Shown here: piece after piece, positions 49,254-58,904 of the stretch
Layout: each line of letters begins with the position of its first letter
Position numbering within the stretch: the first letter of the stretch is position 1
Assembly (NCBI GenBank): GCA_020348885.1
Contig: CP070755.1
Span: 1,630,689 to 1,694,688 of the forward strand
From: Candidatus Coatesbacteria bacterium
Lineage (GTDB): Bacteria > RBG-13-66-14 > B26-G2 > WVWN01 > G020348885
Direction: 5' to 3'
Length of the DNA stretch: 64,000 nt
The notes under the pieces: generated by a model
Seen by the model: only the letters and a program-made list of their open reading frames with translations
Told to the model about the DNA's origin: nothing
The model's database searches: none
Position numbers and translations under genes: made by a program

Positions 49254-49979
49254 ATGAGATATATACCAGTATTGACGGCGGTCTTTATATTGTTCGTTTT
49301 TTCGGCGGCGGTCTTCGCGGCCAAACAGATGGCCCGCGAAACGGCGCCGGCCCGACCCCTGGACGACGAAACCCGCACGAACTCGAAAGAGTTCGCGTGG
49401 GCGACGGGCGATGCCACGGGCCACGGCGCGCCCAGCTGGATGGGCGACCCCAACTACTGGGGAAACGCCGAGTGCGCTATATACTACAACGACATCGGTA
49501 TTGACGTCACCCTTTCGACTATACGTTTTATGTGCACCAACGACGATACCGACTCCAGCTATTGGGGCGTCAACACCGCAGTAACCGGCTATCACGACAC
49601 GGCGAGTTTGGAAAGCATCTATATATCCGAGTGGTCGATAAGCGGGTTTTATACGCCGGCCGAGGGATATACGGGCTTGCCGCCGACGCTGTGGACCGAA
49701 GTTACGCCGGGGGGATACGTAATAATCATATCCGACGGTTCGTACTTCGCCGTGGCGTACGGCCTGGACGAGGACGAGACGGCCGACGGTTCGTTGGGTC
49801 TTACCAACGAAGCCGGCGACCGTTATACCTACAGCGTCTACGCCGGCGCCTGGGACTGGGACCAGGACCCGACCAACCTGGACCCGGGGACCGCGGTGTT
49901 GAACGCGGTCGTCACCTACGACCACGTTGACGCCGTATCGACTACGAGTTACGGTGAGATAAAAGCGCTGTTCAAGTAA
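49254..49979 (+). CDS. Secreted hypothetical protein
   Basis: Signal peptide MRYIPVLTAVFILFVFSAAVFAA; D/G/Y/T-rich body. Confidence 0.5.
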   Translation: MRYIPVLTAVFILFVFSAAVFAAKQMARETAPARPLDDETRTNSKEFAWATGDATGHGAPSWMGDPNYWGNAECAIYYNDIGIDVTLSTIRFMCTNDDTDSSYWGVNTAVTGYHDTASLESIYISEWSISGFYTPAEGYTGLPPTLWTEVTPGGYVIIISDGSYFAVAYGLDEDETADGSLGLTNEAGDRYTYSVYAGAWDWDQDPTNLDPGTAVLNAVVTYDHVDAVSTTSYGEIKALFK

Positions 49980-50018
49980 AATAGCATGGTCGGGTTCCGG
50001 TGAAATAACCATAAAAAC

Positions 50019-50046
50019 GGGCGCGGGGTAAACCGCGCCGTTTCTT
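50019..50046. terminator. Bidirectional terminator between the secreted-protein gene and recO
   Basis: aaaaacgggcgcggggtaaaccgcgccgtttctt. Confidence 0.6.
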
Positions 50047-50100
50047 ATATTACCAGATAATCAGCGGTAATTAGCCGCGGACGTTAACCGCATCCGCTTT

Positions 50101-50862
50101 TTATCCCGACCCGACCAGGGCCCCCAACGATTTTAACGCACGAAGCTCGATATCCGTATGGTATCTCAGGTGGGCCAGGAGAAAAGACGTAATCTGGGCG
50201 GCGGCGCCGGACGCTATTTTCACCCGCGAGAGTTTGGCCGCCGGAACCTCCGACAGGAACAACAATAAGTTGTAAGCTCCGGGTTTCAGCACTACCCCAT
50301 CTCCGAAACCGGACGCACACTTGTCGCAGACGATGGCGCCGTCGGCGGGCGAGAACGTCACCGCGCCGGCGGGCCGGACGGTCCCGCAGCCCTTGCAGGT
50401 AATAAGCTCCGGCCGAAAGCCGACGCCGGACGCGAGGTGTAGCAAGTAATGCCCCAGAACCAGCCGGGGCGACGTCCCGGTCCCGAGAGCGTCGAGGGCG
50501 CCCCCGAGGACTCGGACAGACCGGGGGTCCGGATCCAATTCCCGGGTCAATTTGTCGGCCGCTTCGACGCAGGCGAGACCGTAAACCAACCTGGGCGCGT
50601 CTTCCCGGACCCGCTGGTACGACCTGACGATGTCGGCCTCGCTTAACGTATACAGGTCCTTCGCTTCGCGGTAGTAAAATACGTACTCGCCCAGCGTAAG
50701 CGGCTCGAGGGCCGCGCCGAACTTGCTCTTTGGGCGCCGGGCGCCCTTCGCGAGAAGCTGGACTTTCCCCTTGCGATACGTATAGACGACTACGACCCGG
50801 GAGGTCTCGCCGAAATCCCGGCGCTTGAGTACGACGCCCTCTGTGCGTATTATCTCGCGCAT
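50101..50862 (-). CDS. recO: DNA repair protein RecO
   Basis: N-terminal OB fold (VVLKRRDFGETSRVVVVYT). C-terminal zinc-finger Cys (CKGCG…CDKC). Confidence 0.8.
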   Translation of the reverse strand: MREIIRTEGVVLKRRDFGETSRVVVVYTYRKGKVQLLAKGARRPKSKFGAALEPLTLGEYVFYYREAKDLYTLSEADIVRSYQRVREDAPRLVYGLACVEAADKLTRELDPDPRSVRVLGGALDALGTGTSPRLVLGHYLLHLASGVGFRPELITCKGCGTVRPAGAVTFSPADGAIVCDKCASGFGDGVVLKPGAYNLLLFLSEVPAAKLSRVKIASGAAAQITSFLLAHLRYHTDIELRALKSLGALVGSG

Positions 50863-51070
50863 CGCTAACGAAATCCCGTTACCGTAAATCAGCTCGGTTA
50901 AAGTATATATGAACTAACGCGATCCTAAAAGGTATTTTTCGATTCAACCAATTCAGCCCGGCGTTGTCGAAAGGTCGGTACGACGGGTTTTCGTTTGACA
51001 CCACCATTCCCGTTTGGTAAGATACCGGCGCGTAAGTAAACGGCTCCGTATTATATCGGAGGTTGCGATA

Positions 51071-51793
51071 ATGAACAAGAAAACGATAATCATCCTAGCG
51101 ACCGTTTTAACGGTAATTTCGGCGTACGCCGCGCCGTTCAAAACCGGCGAGAATCTGGAGTTTACCATCTCCTGGAACGAGTTGGTCAAGGCCGGAACCG
51201 CGTCCCTGAAGGTCCAGGGCGTCAAGATGTTCAACGGCCATAAAGTATACCACATAGTCTCGACGGCCCAATCCGGCGAGTACTTGGACTCGTTCTTCTA
51301 CGTTCGGGATAGGATAGAGTGCTACATAGATACCGAAACGTACGCGACCTGGAAGGCCGAGAAACACCTGGTCGAAGGCGATTACCGGAACGACGAAGTT
51401 ATCTACTACGACCCCGAGGAACGCACCGCCGTCCGCGGCACCAACGTGATGCGAGCGTTACCCAACGCCATGGACGCGCTGACCGGGTTCTATTACGTTC
51501 GCACGCTGGACCTCAACGTCGGCGAGAACGTCTCGGTCAACTTCTGCGACGGCAAAATCAACAAAGAGTTGACCGTTAAGGTCTTGAAAAAAGAAACGGT
51601 TGAGGTACCGGCCGGGACCTTCGATACGATTAAAATCGAACCTATAATGGACGAGACCGAGGGCATATTCAAGGCCGAGGGGCGTATCTGGATTTGGGTC
51701 ACCGACGACGCGAAAAAGATGCCGGTGATGCTCAAGTCCAAAATCGTCATAGGCGACTTCGTGGTGGAGCTCGAAGAATATACGCTAAGTTAG
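51071..51793 (+). CDS. DUF3108-like secreted protein
   Basis: Signal peptide MNKKTIIILATVLTVISAYA. GENLEFTISWNELVKAGTASLKV resembles the DUF3108 N-terminus. Confidence 0.5.
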   Translation: MNKKTIIILATVLTVISAYAAPFKTGENLEFTISWNELVKAGTASLKVQGVKMFNGHKVYHIVSTAQSGEYLDSFFYVRDRIECYIDTETYATWKAEKHLVEGDYRNDEVIYYDPEERTAVRGTNVMRALPNAMDALTGFYYVRTLDLNVGENVSVNFCDGKINKELTVKVLKKETVEVPAGTFDTIKIEPIMDETEGIFKAEGRIWIWVTDDAKKMPVMLKSKIVIGDFVVELEEYTLS

Positions 51794-51818
51794 CAAGTCG
51801 TATGCACAACGTCAAAGA

Positions 51819-51841
51819 GGCCGGTTCCACCGGCTTTTTTT
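51819..51841 (+). terminator. Rho-independent terminator
   Basis: gaggccggttccaccggcttttttt. Confidence 0.75.
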
Positions 51842-51899
51842 ATAGGAAAACGGTTGCGAACGGGCGGTAAAAACATTATCTTTATTCAGAGGTTACACT

Positions 51900-52838
51900 A
51901 TGGGCGACGAAAAACCGGATTTCACGAACGTAAAAACCTACCCGTTCGCGGAGCGGGAGAATCTCGTTACCGTCGATATGTTCGGGCGAGTCCCCGACGA
52001 CCCGGCGGCTCTACTTCCCTTCTACGAATCGTTACCCGACGTCCTTGCAGCCCGGGACTTGAGAAAACTCGCCGCGGCGATAACCTCCGCCCGAGACCGT
52101 AGCCGGGGGATCATCCTCTCGCCCGGCGGGCACGTCGCGAAGGTAGGGGTTACGCCGTACCTCGGCGCGCTCCTCGAAAAAGGGTTTATTACTCACGTCG
52201 CTTGTAACGGCGCCTTCCTCATCCACGACTACGAGTTGGGGCGTTTCGGCGCCACCAGCGAGGACGTTGCCGCGACTCTCCCGGATGGGCGTTTCGGCCT
52301 TTGCGAGGAGACCGGTGCGGCCCTTAACGAGTTCGCGGTGAAGGCCGCGGCCGACGGCGTATCCGTCGCACAGCTGGCCGGAGAAGATATCGCGGCCAAC
52401 GGAACCCATCCCGACGCGAGTTTACTGGCCCGGGCCGCGGCCGCCGACGTCCCGGTAACCGTTCACGTATGCCTGGGCGCCGACGTAATCCATCAACACC
52501 CGGTTTGCAACGGGGCGGCCTGGGGCGCTTCTACTATGGCCGACTTCCGCGCGTTGTGCGAAGCGGTGAAAACGCTTAATGATGGCGGCGTCTTCGTAAA
52601 CGTCGGCTCGGCCGTCGTAATGCCCGAGGTCTTCGTCAAAGCGCTCAACCTGGTTCGGAACGTCGCGCCGCCGGTGGACGGTTTCACGACGGCAAACCTG
52701 GACTTCATACAACACTACCGCCCCCGGCAAAACGTCCTTTCGCGCCCCGTTTCCGGCGGCGACGGTATCGCTGTAACCGGCCACCACGAGATTATGATAC
52801 CGCTATTGGCATGTCTGGTGTTAGCCGGCGCCGGTTAA
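51900..52838 (+). CDS. Conserved hypothetical soluble protein (312 aa)
   Basis: Coding-like. Motifs SPGGHVAKVGV and HVACNGAFLIHDYELG; family not recognised. Confidence 0.45.
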   Translation: MGDEKPDFTNVKTYPFAERENLVTVDMFGRVPDDPAALLPFYESLPDVLAARDLRKLAAAITSARDRSRGIILSPGGHVAKVGVTPYLGALLEKGFITHVACNGAFLIHDYELGRFGATSEDVAATLPDGRFGLCEETGAALNEFAVKAAADGVSVAQLAGEDIAANGTHPDASLLARAAAADVPVTVHVCLGADVIHQHPVCNGAAWGASTMADFRALCEAVKTLNDGGVFVNVGSAVVMPEVFVKALNLVRNVAPPVDGFTTANLDFIQHYRPRQNVLSRPVSGGDGIAVTGHHEIMIPLLACLVLAGAG

Positions 52839-52975
52839 CGGCGTTTTGAAAAACGAAATCGGGCAGTTTTTTCGCTTGACCCGCGACCGTTTTTTTGATA
52901 TATAAGCGGGCGATTTCGATGGGTACAGGCGGACCCTATACGTATCGACCCGTTAGGTTCAGAAAATAACGGACC

Positions 52976-53004
52976 CGAAGCTCCCGTGTTGGAGCTTTTT
53001 TTTT
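52976..53004 (+). terminator. Rho-independent terminator (or attenuator) upstream of pstC
   Basis: gaagctcccgtgttggagcttttttttt. Confidence 0.6.
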
Positions 53005-53021
53005 AACTCAAACGTAGGCCA

Positions 53022-54083
53022 TTGATATTTAAATTCCCTAAACTGAAACGAGGGTTTCTCTTTGCCGCTCCGTACCTGGCGGGCTTACTCTCGATGGCGT
53101 TCAGCTACGCCGACCCGGGCGTCATCGGTTGGTTCATGTGGTACGGCGGTATCGCTTTGATGGTAGTAGTAACGTTCGCGAAGATACTACCGAAAATCAT
53201 CCCCCAGAAGGTTCGAGAGAAGACCATCGATATCTTTATAATAGCCACAGGCTACTCGTCCATCGTCGCGATATTCCTTATCTTCTTTTTTATCTTCAAG
53301 GAAGGTTTTACGGCATTCGTGGACATCCCGCTGGCCGACCTCTTCGGCGGTAAAATCTGGCAACCCAATTCCATAGTCCCCAAATACGGATTACTCCCCC
53401 TCATTAACGGGACGCTACTCGTAACCGGATTGACCGCCGTCATATCGGTACCAATCGGCGTGGGGACGGCAGTCTATATCTCGGAGGTCGCGGGGCGGCG
53501 TGAGAAGGAGATAATTAAACCGGCGATAGAACTCCTGGCCGGAATACCTTCGGTTATATACGGCCTATTGGGTATGGTCATTCTGGGTGACCTTATCCCG
53601 GCTATTACCGGGACGCCTTTCCGCCTGAACGCGCTCAACGGCGCCATAGTCCTCTCGGTAATGTTGATGCCGACTATCGCAAGTATCGCCGAAGATGCGA
53701 TACACAATGTACCGCGGACTTACAGAACCGCCGCGGCGGCGATGGGCGCCACGCGCTTCGAACGCATCACCCGGGTCATCCTCCCGGCCGCGGCGTCGGG
53801 CATCGCCGCGGCGGTTCTTTTGTCGGTGGCCCGTACCCTCGGCGAGACGATGGCGGTCTTGCTGGCGACCGGGAACGCGGCACAGTTGACCGCCAACCCA
53901 CTGGCGTCGGTCCGGACGATGACCGCCAACATCGCCATAGAGATGGGCGAAGTGCCCTTCGGCAGCACCCATTACCACGCGCTCTTCGCGATAGGCGTGG
54001 TGCTGTTCACGATAACTTTCCTCGTGAACTTCGCCGCCGATACGGTGCTGACACGGTTTGCGAAGAAAGTGGGAAAAGAATAA
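53022..54083 (+). CDS. pstC: Phosphate ABC transporter permease PstC, with an N-terminal extension
   Basis: EAA-like ABC permease motif (…TLGETMAVLLATGNAAQ…) and PstC-like TM pattern. Confidence 0.8.
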   Translation: MIFKFPKLKRGFLFAAPYLAGLLSMAFSYADPGVIGWFMWYGGIALMVVVTFAKILPKIIPQKVREKTIDIFIIATGYSSIVAIFLIFFFIFKEGFTAFVDIPLADLFGGKIWQPNSIVPKYGLLPLINGTLLVTGLTAVISVPIGVGTAVYISEVAGRREKEIIKPAIELLAGIPSVIYGLLGMVILGDLIPAITGTPFRLNALNGAIVLSVMLMPTIASIAEDAIHNVPRTYRTAAAAMGATRFERITRVILPAAASGIAAAVLLSVARTLGETMAVLLATGNAAQLTANPLASVRTMTANIAIEMGEVPFGSTHYHALFAIGVVLFTITFLVNFAADTVLTRFAKKVGKE

Positions 54084-54169
54084 ATCGTCCGCGTACAGAT
54101 ATTCCGATGGACGCGGCGCGCTGGTTAATGTAAAATGACCGGTCTTTTACGAGCAAAAGGAGAAACGCG

Positions 54170-54991
54170 ATGGGCGAACCGCTGCCCGATGTAATAGACC
54201 GGGTCAAGAAGTCGATAGTCGAGATAAAGCTGGAGGACAGCGCCGGCACCGGCGTCATAGTGGACCCCGCCGGGATTGTCGTAACGAACCGGCACGTTAT
54301 CGGGAACAGACGTACCGTAACGATACGGGACGCCGGCGGTAACGAATTCGAGGGCAAAGTCGTTCGGTCCGACGGAAACATAGATTACGCGATTATAAAG
54401 GCAGATATACCGGACGCTGACGCCGTCACCCTTAGCAAAGACCAGGTCCGTGAAGGTATGACGGTCGTCGCGATAGGTCATCCGCTGGGGCTGGATTTCA
54501 CGGTAACCAAGGGCATAGTCAGCTCCGCCAAACGGACGATGCACAACGTGGACTACATACAGACCGACGTAGCCATAAACCCGGGGAATAGCGGAGGACC
54601 GCTTATAAACGAAGAGGGCGAGGTAGTCGGTATAAACTCGTGGACCCGCACCGACGCCCAAAACGTAGGGTTCGCAATACCCGTCTCCTATATCGAAGAA
54701 GCGCTGGCCGAAGTCCTCCCGAACCTGGATAAGCTCGACGAAATGTACTACTGCAACGTCTGCGGCTGGCTTTCGGAGAAGAAGGAAAAGTACTGCGAAC
54801 ACTGCGGCGTTCGTACCGAGAAACCAGAGGACAAACCGGCTGAAGCCGAGACGACCGAGGAACCGGGGACGGCGGAGGGCGAGGAAAAGACGGCACCGAC
54901 GGCCGACGGCCAACGGATTTGTGACGTTTGCGGAACCGCTAACGTCGAGTACGCTAAATTCTGTAAGAAGTGCGGTAAAAAATTCGGTTAA
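54170..54991 (+). CDS. Cytoplasmic trypsin-like (S1, HtrA-type) serine protease without PDZ, with two C-terminal zinc-ribbon motifs
   Basis: VTNRHVIG (His), DYAIIK (Asp), GNSGGPL (Ser) form the catalytic triad. No signal peptide. C-terminal CNVCG…CEHCG and CDVCG…CKKCG. Confidence 0.7.
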   Translation: MGEPLPDVIDRVKKSIVEIKLEDSAGTGVIVDPAGIVVTNRHVIGNRRTVTIRDAGGNEFEGKVVRSDGNIDYAIIKADIPDADAVTLSKDQVREGMTVVAIGHPLGLDFTVTKGIVSSAKRTMHNVDYIQTDVAINPGNSGGPLINEEGEVVGINSWTRTDAQNVGFAIPVSYIEEALAEVLPNLDKLDEMYYCNVCGWLSEKKEKYCEHCGVRTEKPEDKPAEAETTEEPGTAEGEEKTAPTADGQRICDVCGTANVEYAKFCKKCGKKFG

Positions 54992-55006
54992 CCGGGAAGA
55001 ACGGAT

Positions 55007-55441
55007 ATGGCTGAAACAAAACCGATAGACTTGGAGAAGTATAAAAAGATAATCGCCGAAGTCGTACGCGATATCGGCCTTAACCCGGACGAGTGCTACA
55101 ACGAGCAGGGGAATTACTGGACACTGTTAAAAGGTTCGGCGGAGGTCAACATCTACCTCTATACGATAGACCGGCCCGGCGAACCGCCGGAGTGGTACAT
55201 CGAGTTTTCTTCGCCGGTGATGCAGATCCCGTCGACATACTTATTGGCTTTCTACCGGCGATTACTCGAGGAGAACGCGCAACGTATCGCGCTCAAATTC
55301 GCTTTGAGAGAGGATACCGTCTGGGTGGAGATAACACGGGAGCTTGAGGGACTCAGCTTCGACGAATGTCGCCGCAATCTAACGCGTATCGGTGAAACCG
55401 CCGACGAACTGGACGATATACTCAAGGAAGAGTTCCAATAA
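55007..55441 (+). CDS. YbjN-like small cytoplasmic protein (paralogue A)
   Basis: 144 aa. ~35% identical to the next ORF (GL.PDECY…YW…LLEE…V.F…E…WVEI.REL.GL…E…R…ADELDDILK..F). Fold guess from memory. Confidence 0.4.
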   Translation: MAETKPIDLEKYKKIIAEVVRDIGLNPDECYNEQGNYWTLLKGSAEVNIYLYTIDRPGEPPEWYIEFSSPVMQIPSTYLLAFYRRLLEENAQRIALKFALREDTVWVEITRELEGLSFDECRRNLTRIGETADELDDILKEEFQ

Positions 55442-55459
55442 CCGCGAAAGGAGTTTTCG

Positions 55460-55897
55460 ATGGCTAACGACTTCGACCTCACGCCTTACCGGGAAATGGT
55501 ACGGGAGATGCTCACCGGCGTCGGGTTGGACCCGGACGAGTGCTACGTAGCCGACGGCGACTACTGGACGGCGACGAAAGGTACGGCGCCTATATATATC
55601 GGTTTTTTCCACATCCACTACGACGACGGGACCGTGGACTGGTACATGTACGTCTCAGGGTTTCTCGCGGCGGTTCCGGCCGAAAACCGGGAAGCGTTCT
55701 ACCGCACGTTGCTCGAGGAAGCGGCTACAAGGGTCGGCGTAAAGTTCTACATCGGCGAGCAGGACGAAGCATGGGTCGAGATATCCCGCGAGTTGGTCGG
55801 ACTAGACGTGGAAGAAGCAACCCGGAATATGCACCGTGTCGCGAACACGGCCGACGAGTTGGACGACATTCTGAAATCCCGGTTCGGCGCCCAATAA
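55460..55897 (+). CDS. YbjN-like small cytoplasmic protein (paralogue B)
   Basis: 145 aa; paralogue of 55007-55441. Confidence 0.4.
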   Translation: MANDFDLTPYREMVREMLTGVGLDPDECYVADGDYWTATKGTAPIYIGFFHIHYDDGTVDWYMYVSGFLAAVPAENREAFYRTLLEEAATRVGVKFYIGEQDEAWVEISRELVGLDVEEATRNMHRVANTADELDDILKSRFGAQ

Positions 55898-56014
55898 GCA
55901 CCGGGGATATAGAATAGAATCACGTTAAATTGAACCGCGTACCAGATGGGGAAAGCCCCCAGTCCGCGGCCCCGGTAAACGCCGGCGTATAAACGTCGAA
56001 GGTAACGAAACCTT

Positions 56015-56905
56015 ATGACAACCGTCGATATAGCGTCTCTCCGCCCGAAGAAGAGTAGGTTCGTGGTAAACGCGGTCGCGAAATGGGTTTTTCGCGCTAT
56101 GGCGTACCTTATAGTCGCGGTGCTGGCGGGCATCATCGGGTACGTATTCTACCGTGGCGTCGGCGTATTGAGTCTATCTTTCCTTATCGAACCACCCAGG
56201 CACGGGATGACCGAAGGCGGTATCTCAACGTGTATATACGGTACCCTCGCGTTGTTAATACTTACAACCGCGATAGCTGTGCCCCTGGGCGTGGGCGCCG
56301 CCGTGTATCTTAATGAATACGCCGGACATACTAGACGCGCGAGGGCCGTTCGCGCCGCCGTAAACAACCTCGCCGGCGTACCTTCGATCGTCTTCGGGTT
56401 ATTCGGACTGGGCTTCTTCGTTATATTTTTACAAATAGGCGCTTCCCTACTGGCGGCGTCGCTGACCCTCTCGGTCATGATACTCCCGATAATTATAGTC
56501 GCGACCCAAGAAGCGCTGAAGGGGATACCGAACTATTTCCGCGAAGCCTCGTACGCGCTGGGGGCAACCCGGTGGCAAACGACATCGCGGACCGTCCTAC
56601 CCCTTTCGGTTTCCGGGATAATTACCGGCGTTATACTCTCGGTCGGACGGGTCGCAGGCGAGACCGCGCCCCTACTCTTTACCGGCGCCGCGTTCTACTT
56701 GCCGTACATACCTGAACACCCGAAGCGGCAATTTATGGAACTCTCTTACCACATATTCGCGATGGCGACCCAGTCGATCGACATACGCAAGACGATGCCG
56801 ATCACCTTCGGGACCACCTTCGTCCTGCTGGCCCTCGTATTCGGCTTCAACCTTATAGGGATAATCTACCGCATGCGGGAAAGGAGTAAACGGGAGAGTT
56901 GGTGA
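56015..56905 (+). CDS. pstA: Phosphate ABC transporter permease PstA
   Basis: ABC permease; …[12 protein letters not shown]…. Confidence 0.82.
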   Translation: MTTVDIASLRPKKSRFVVNAVAKWVFRAMAYLIVAVLAGIIGYVFYRGVGVLSLSFLIEPPRHGMTEGGISTCIYGTLALLILTTAIAVPLGVGAAVYLNEYAGHTRRARAVRAAVNNLAGVPSIVFGLFGLGFFVIFLQIGASLLAASLTLSVMILPIIIVATQEALKGIPNYFREASYALGATRWQTTSRTVLPLSVSGIITGVILSVGRVAGETAPLLFTGAAFYLPYIPEHPKRQFMELSYHIFAMATQSIDIRKTMPITFGTTFVLLALVFGFNLIGIIYRMRERSKRESW

Positions 56906-57657
56906 AGAATAAGGTCACGTATAAAGAATTCAAGTTCTGGTACGGTGACTTCCAGGCGCTTTTCGACATCGACATGGGAGTGCCCGAGAACAGCGTGGTC
57001 GCGATTATAGGCCCGTCGGGCTGCGGGAAGTCGACGTTGATAAAGTCGGTAAACCGGATAGCGGAACTGGACGCCGACGTGCGTACAGCCGGTGAAATAA
57101 TACTCGACGACGAAAACATATGCGAAGACGACGTCGACCTCGTAACGCTCAGGCGCCGGGTCGGGATGGTATTCCAACGGCCGAACCCGTTCCCGAAGTC
57201 GATATACGATAACGTCGCCTTTGGTCCACGCCTATTCGGCATTAGAGACCGGTCGAAACTAGACGAAATCGTCGAACGGTCTTTGAAGCGCGCGGCCCTG
57301 TGGAAAGAGGTCGAGGACCGGCTCCGGGAGTCCGCGCTACGCCTGTCCGGCGGACAGCAACAGCGACTCTGTATCGCGCGGGCGCTTTCGGTGGAACCGG
57401 AAGTCCTTCTAATGGACGAGCCGGCGTCGGCCCTGGACCCTACATCCACTCAGTATATCGAGGATCTGATCTTCGAACTGAAGGAGAACTACACCATAAT
57501 CATCGTAACCCATAACATGCAACAAGCGGCCCGCATCAGCGACTGGACCGCGTTTATGCTCCACGGCCGCATCGAGGAATTCAACGACACCGAACAAATA
57601 TTCACGCGCCCGGACAAGGAGATTACCGAGGACTATATCACGGGGCGTTTCGGGTAA
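56899..57657 (+). CDS. pstB: Phosphate ABC transporter ATP-binding protein PstB
   Basis: Walker [10 protein letters not shown], signature LSGGQQQRL, Walker B LLMDEP. Confidence 0.92.
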   Translation: MVKNKVTYKEFKFWYGDFQALFDIDMGVPENSVVAIIGPSGCGKSTLIKSVNRIAELDADVRTAGEIILDDENICEDDVDLVTLRRRVGMVFQRPNPFPKSIYDNVAFGPRLFGIRDRSKLDEIVERSLKRAALWKEVEDRLRESALRLSGGQQQRLCIARALSVEPEVLLMDEPASALDPTSTQYIEDLIFELKENYTIIIVTHNMQQAARISDWTAFMLHGRIEEFNDTEQIFTRPDKEITEDYITGRFG

Positions 57658-57677
57658 TATAATTACGAGGAGCCGCG

Positions 57678-58364
57678 GTGGCGGAAAGACACTTCCATGA
57701 AGAACTCGAAGAGGTTAACGATCTGTTACTCGCGATGAGTAGCCTGGTGGTCGAGATATTCGACGATACGCTGGAGAGTTTTCTGGAGAACGACGCGGCG
57801 CGCGCGAAAAAGCTGTTGGACGATAGAGGTCGCGTCGATAGCCTGGAAATCGCGGTAGAGGAGCGGTGCCTTTCGATGATCGCACGGCACCAGCCCGTCG
57901 CGATAGACTTGCGTAACATTATCACCGCGATAAACATAATCCGCGACCTGGAGCGGATCGACGACATCGCGATGGATATGTGCGAAGAGATTCTGGATTT
58001 GGGCGACCTCCCGAGGCCCGACGGGATGTTCCATATACCGGCTCTCGCCGAAGCGGTGAAGGAAATGCTCCACGATTCGGTCCGGGCGTTCGTTGCGCGG
58101 GACCCGGATTGGGCAAGGGCGATCTGCGAACGGGACGACGTCATTGACGACCTGGAAAAGAGGTCGGAAGAGGATATAATCGAATTCACCAGAGAAAACC
58201 CCGATACATTCGAAACGATGCTGCGTTACCTGTCGGTAACTCACTCCCTCGAGCGAATCGGAGATCATTGTACAAATATCGGCGAAATGGTGGTATATTT
58301 AACCCAGGCGAAGATAATCAAACACCACTACGACGAGCAGGGCGGCGAAGAAGAAAACGAATAA
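57678..58364 (+). CDS. phoU: Phosphate signalling complex protein PhoU (GTG start)
   Basis: Two PhoU repeats (…ERIGDHCTNIGE…). Confidence 0.85.
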   Translation: MAERHFHEELEEVNDLLLAMSSLVVEIFDDTLESFLENDAARAKKLLDDRGRVDSLEIAVEERCLSMIARHQPVAIDLRNIITAINIIRDLERIDDIAMDMCEEILDLGDLPRPDGMFHIPALAEAVKEMLHDSVRAFVARDPDWARAICERDDVIDDLEKRSEEDIIEFTRENPDTFETMLRYLSVTHSLERIGDHCTNIGEMVVYLTQAKIIKHHYDEQGGEEENE

Positions 58365-58365
58365 G

Positions 58366-58902
58366 ATGTCCGAAAAGCCTTTAAACGTCGTACTCGACGC
58401 CGACGGAGCGGCCCGGGCGATAAAACGAATCGCCTCGGAGATATTGGAGCGGAACGAGGGCCCGGAAGGTCTCGCGGTCGTCGGGATAGAATCCGGCGGC
58501 GTGCCGCTTGCCCGGGGGATTACCGCCGAACTCGGCAAGAATTCCGCGGAAATCCCGATCGGTACGGTCGATATCACCCTTTACCGGGACGACTTCTCGC
58601 AAATAAGCGAGCTTCCGGTTATCGGCGAAACCAATATAAGCTTCCCGGTAGACGAACACAATATCATCCTCGTCGATGACGTCCTTTTCACGGGCCGGAC
58701 CGTCCGGGCCGCCATCGATAATATATACGACTTGGGACGCCCCCGGCGTATCCAACTCGCCGTACTCGCGGACCGGGGCGGCCGTGAGTTGCCGATTCAA
58801 CCCGACTTCCTCGGGAATACGGTCGAAGTCGCCGACGACGAATACCTCGACGTAGTTTATGACGACGACAAGGTCCGCGTGATGGTGTTTAAGAGAGAAT
58901 AA
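58366..58902 (+). CDS. pyrR: Bifunctional pyrimidine operon regulator / uracil phosphoribosyltransferase PyrR
   Basis: PRTase motif ILVDDVLFTGRTVRAA; PyrR-like N-terminus. Confidence 0.88.
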   Translation: MSEKPLNVVLDADGAARAIKRIASEILERNEGPEGLAVVGIESGGVPLARGITAELGKNSAEIPIGTVDITLYRDDFSQISELPVIGETNISFPVDEHNIILVDDVLFTGRTVRAAIDNIYDLGRPRRIQLAVLADRGGRELPIQPDFLGNTVEVADDEYLDVVYDDDKVRVMVFKRE

Positions 58903-58904
58903 AC

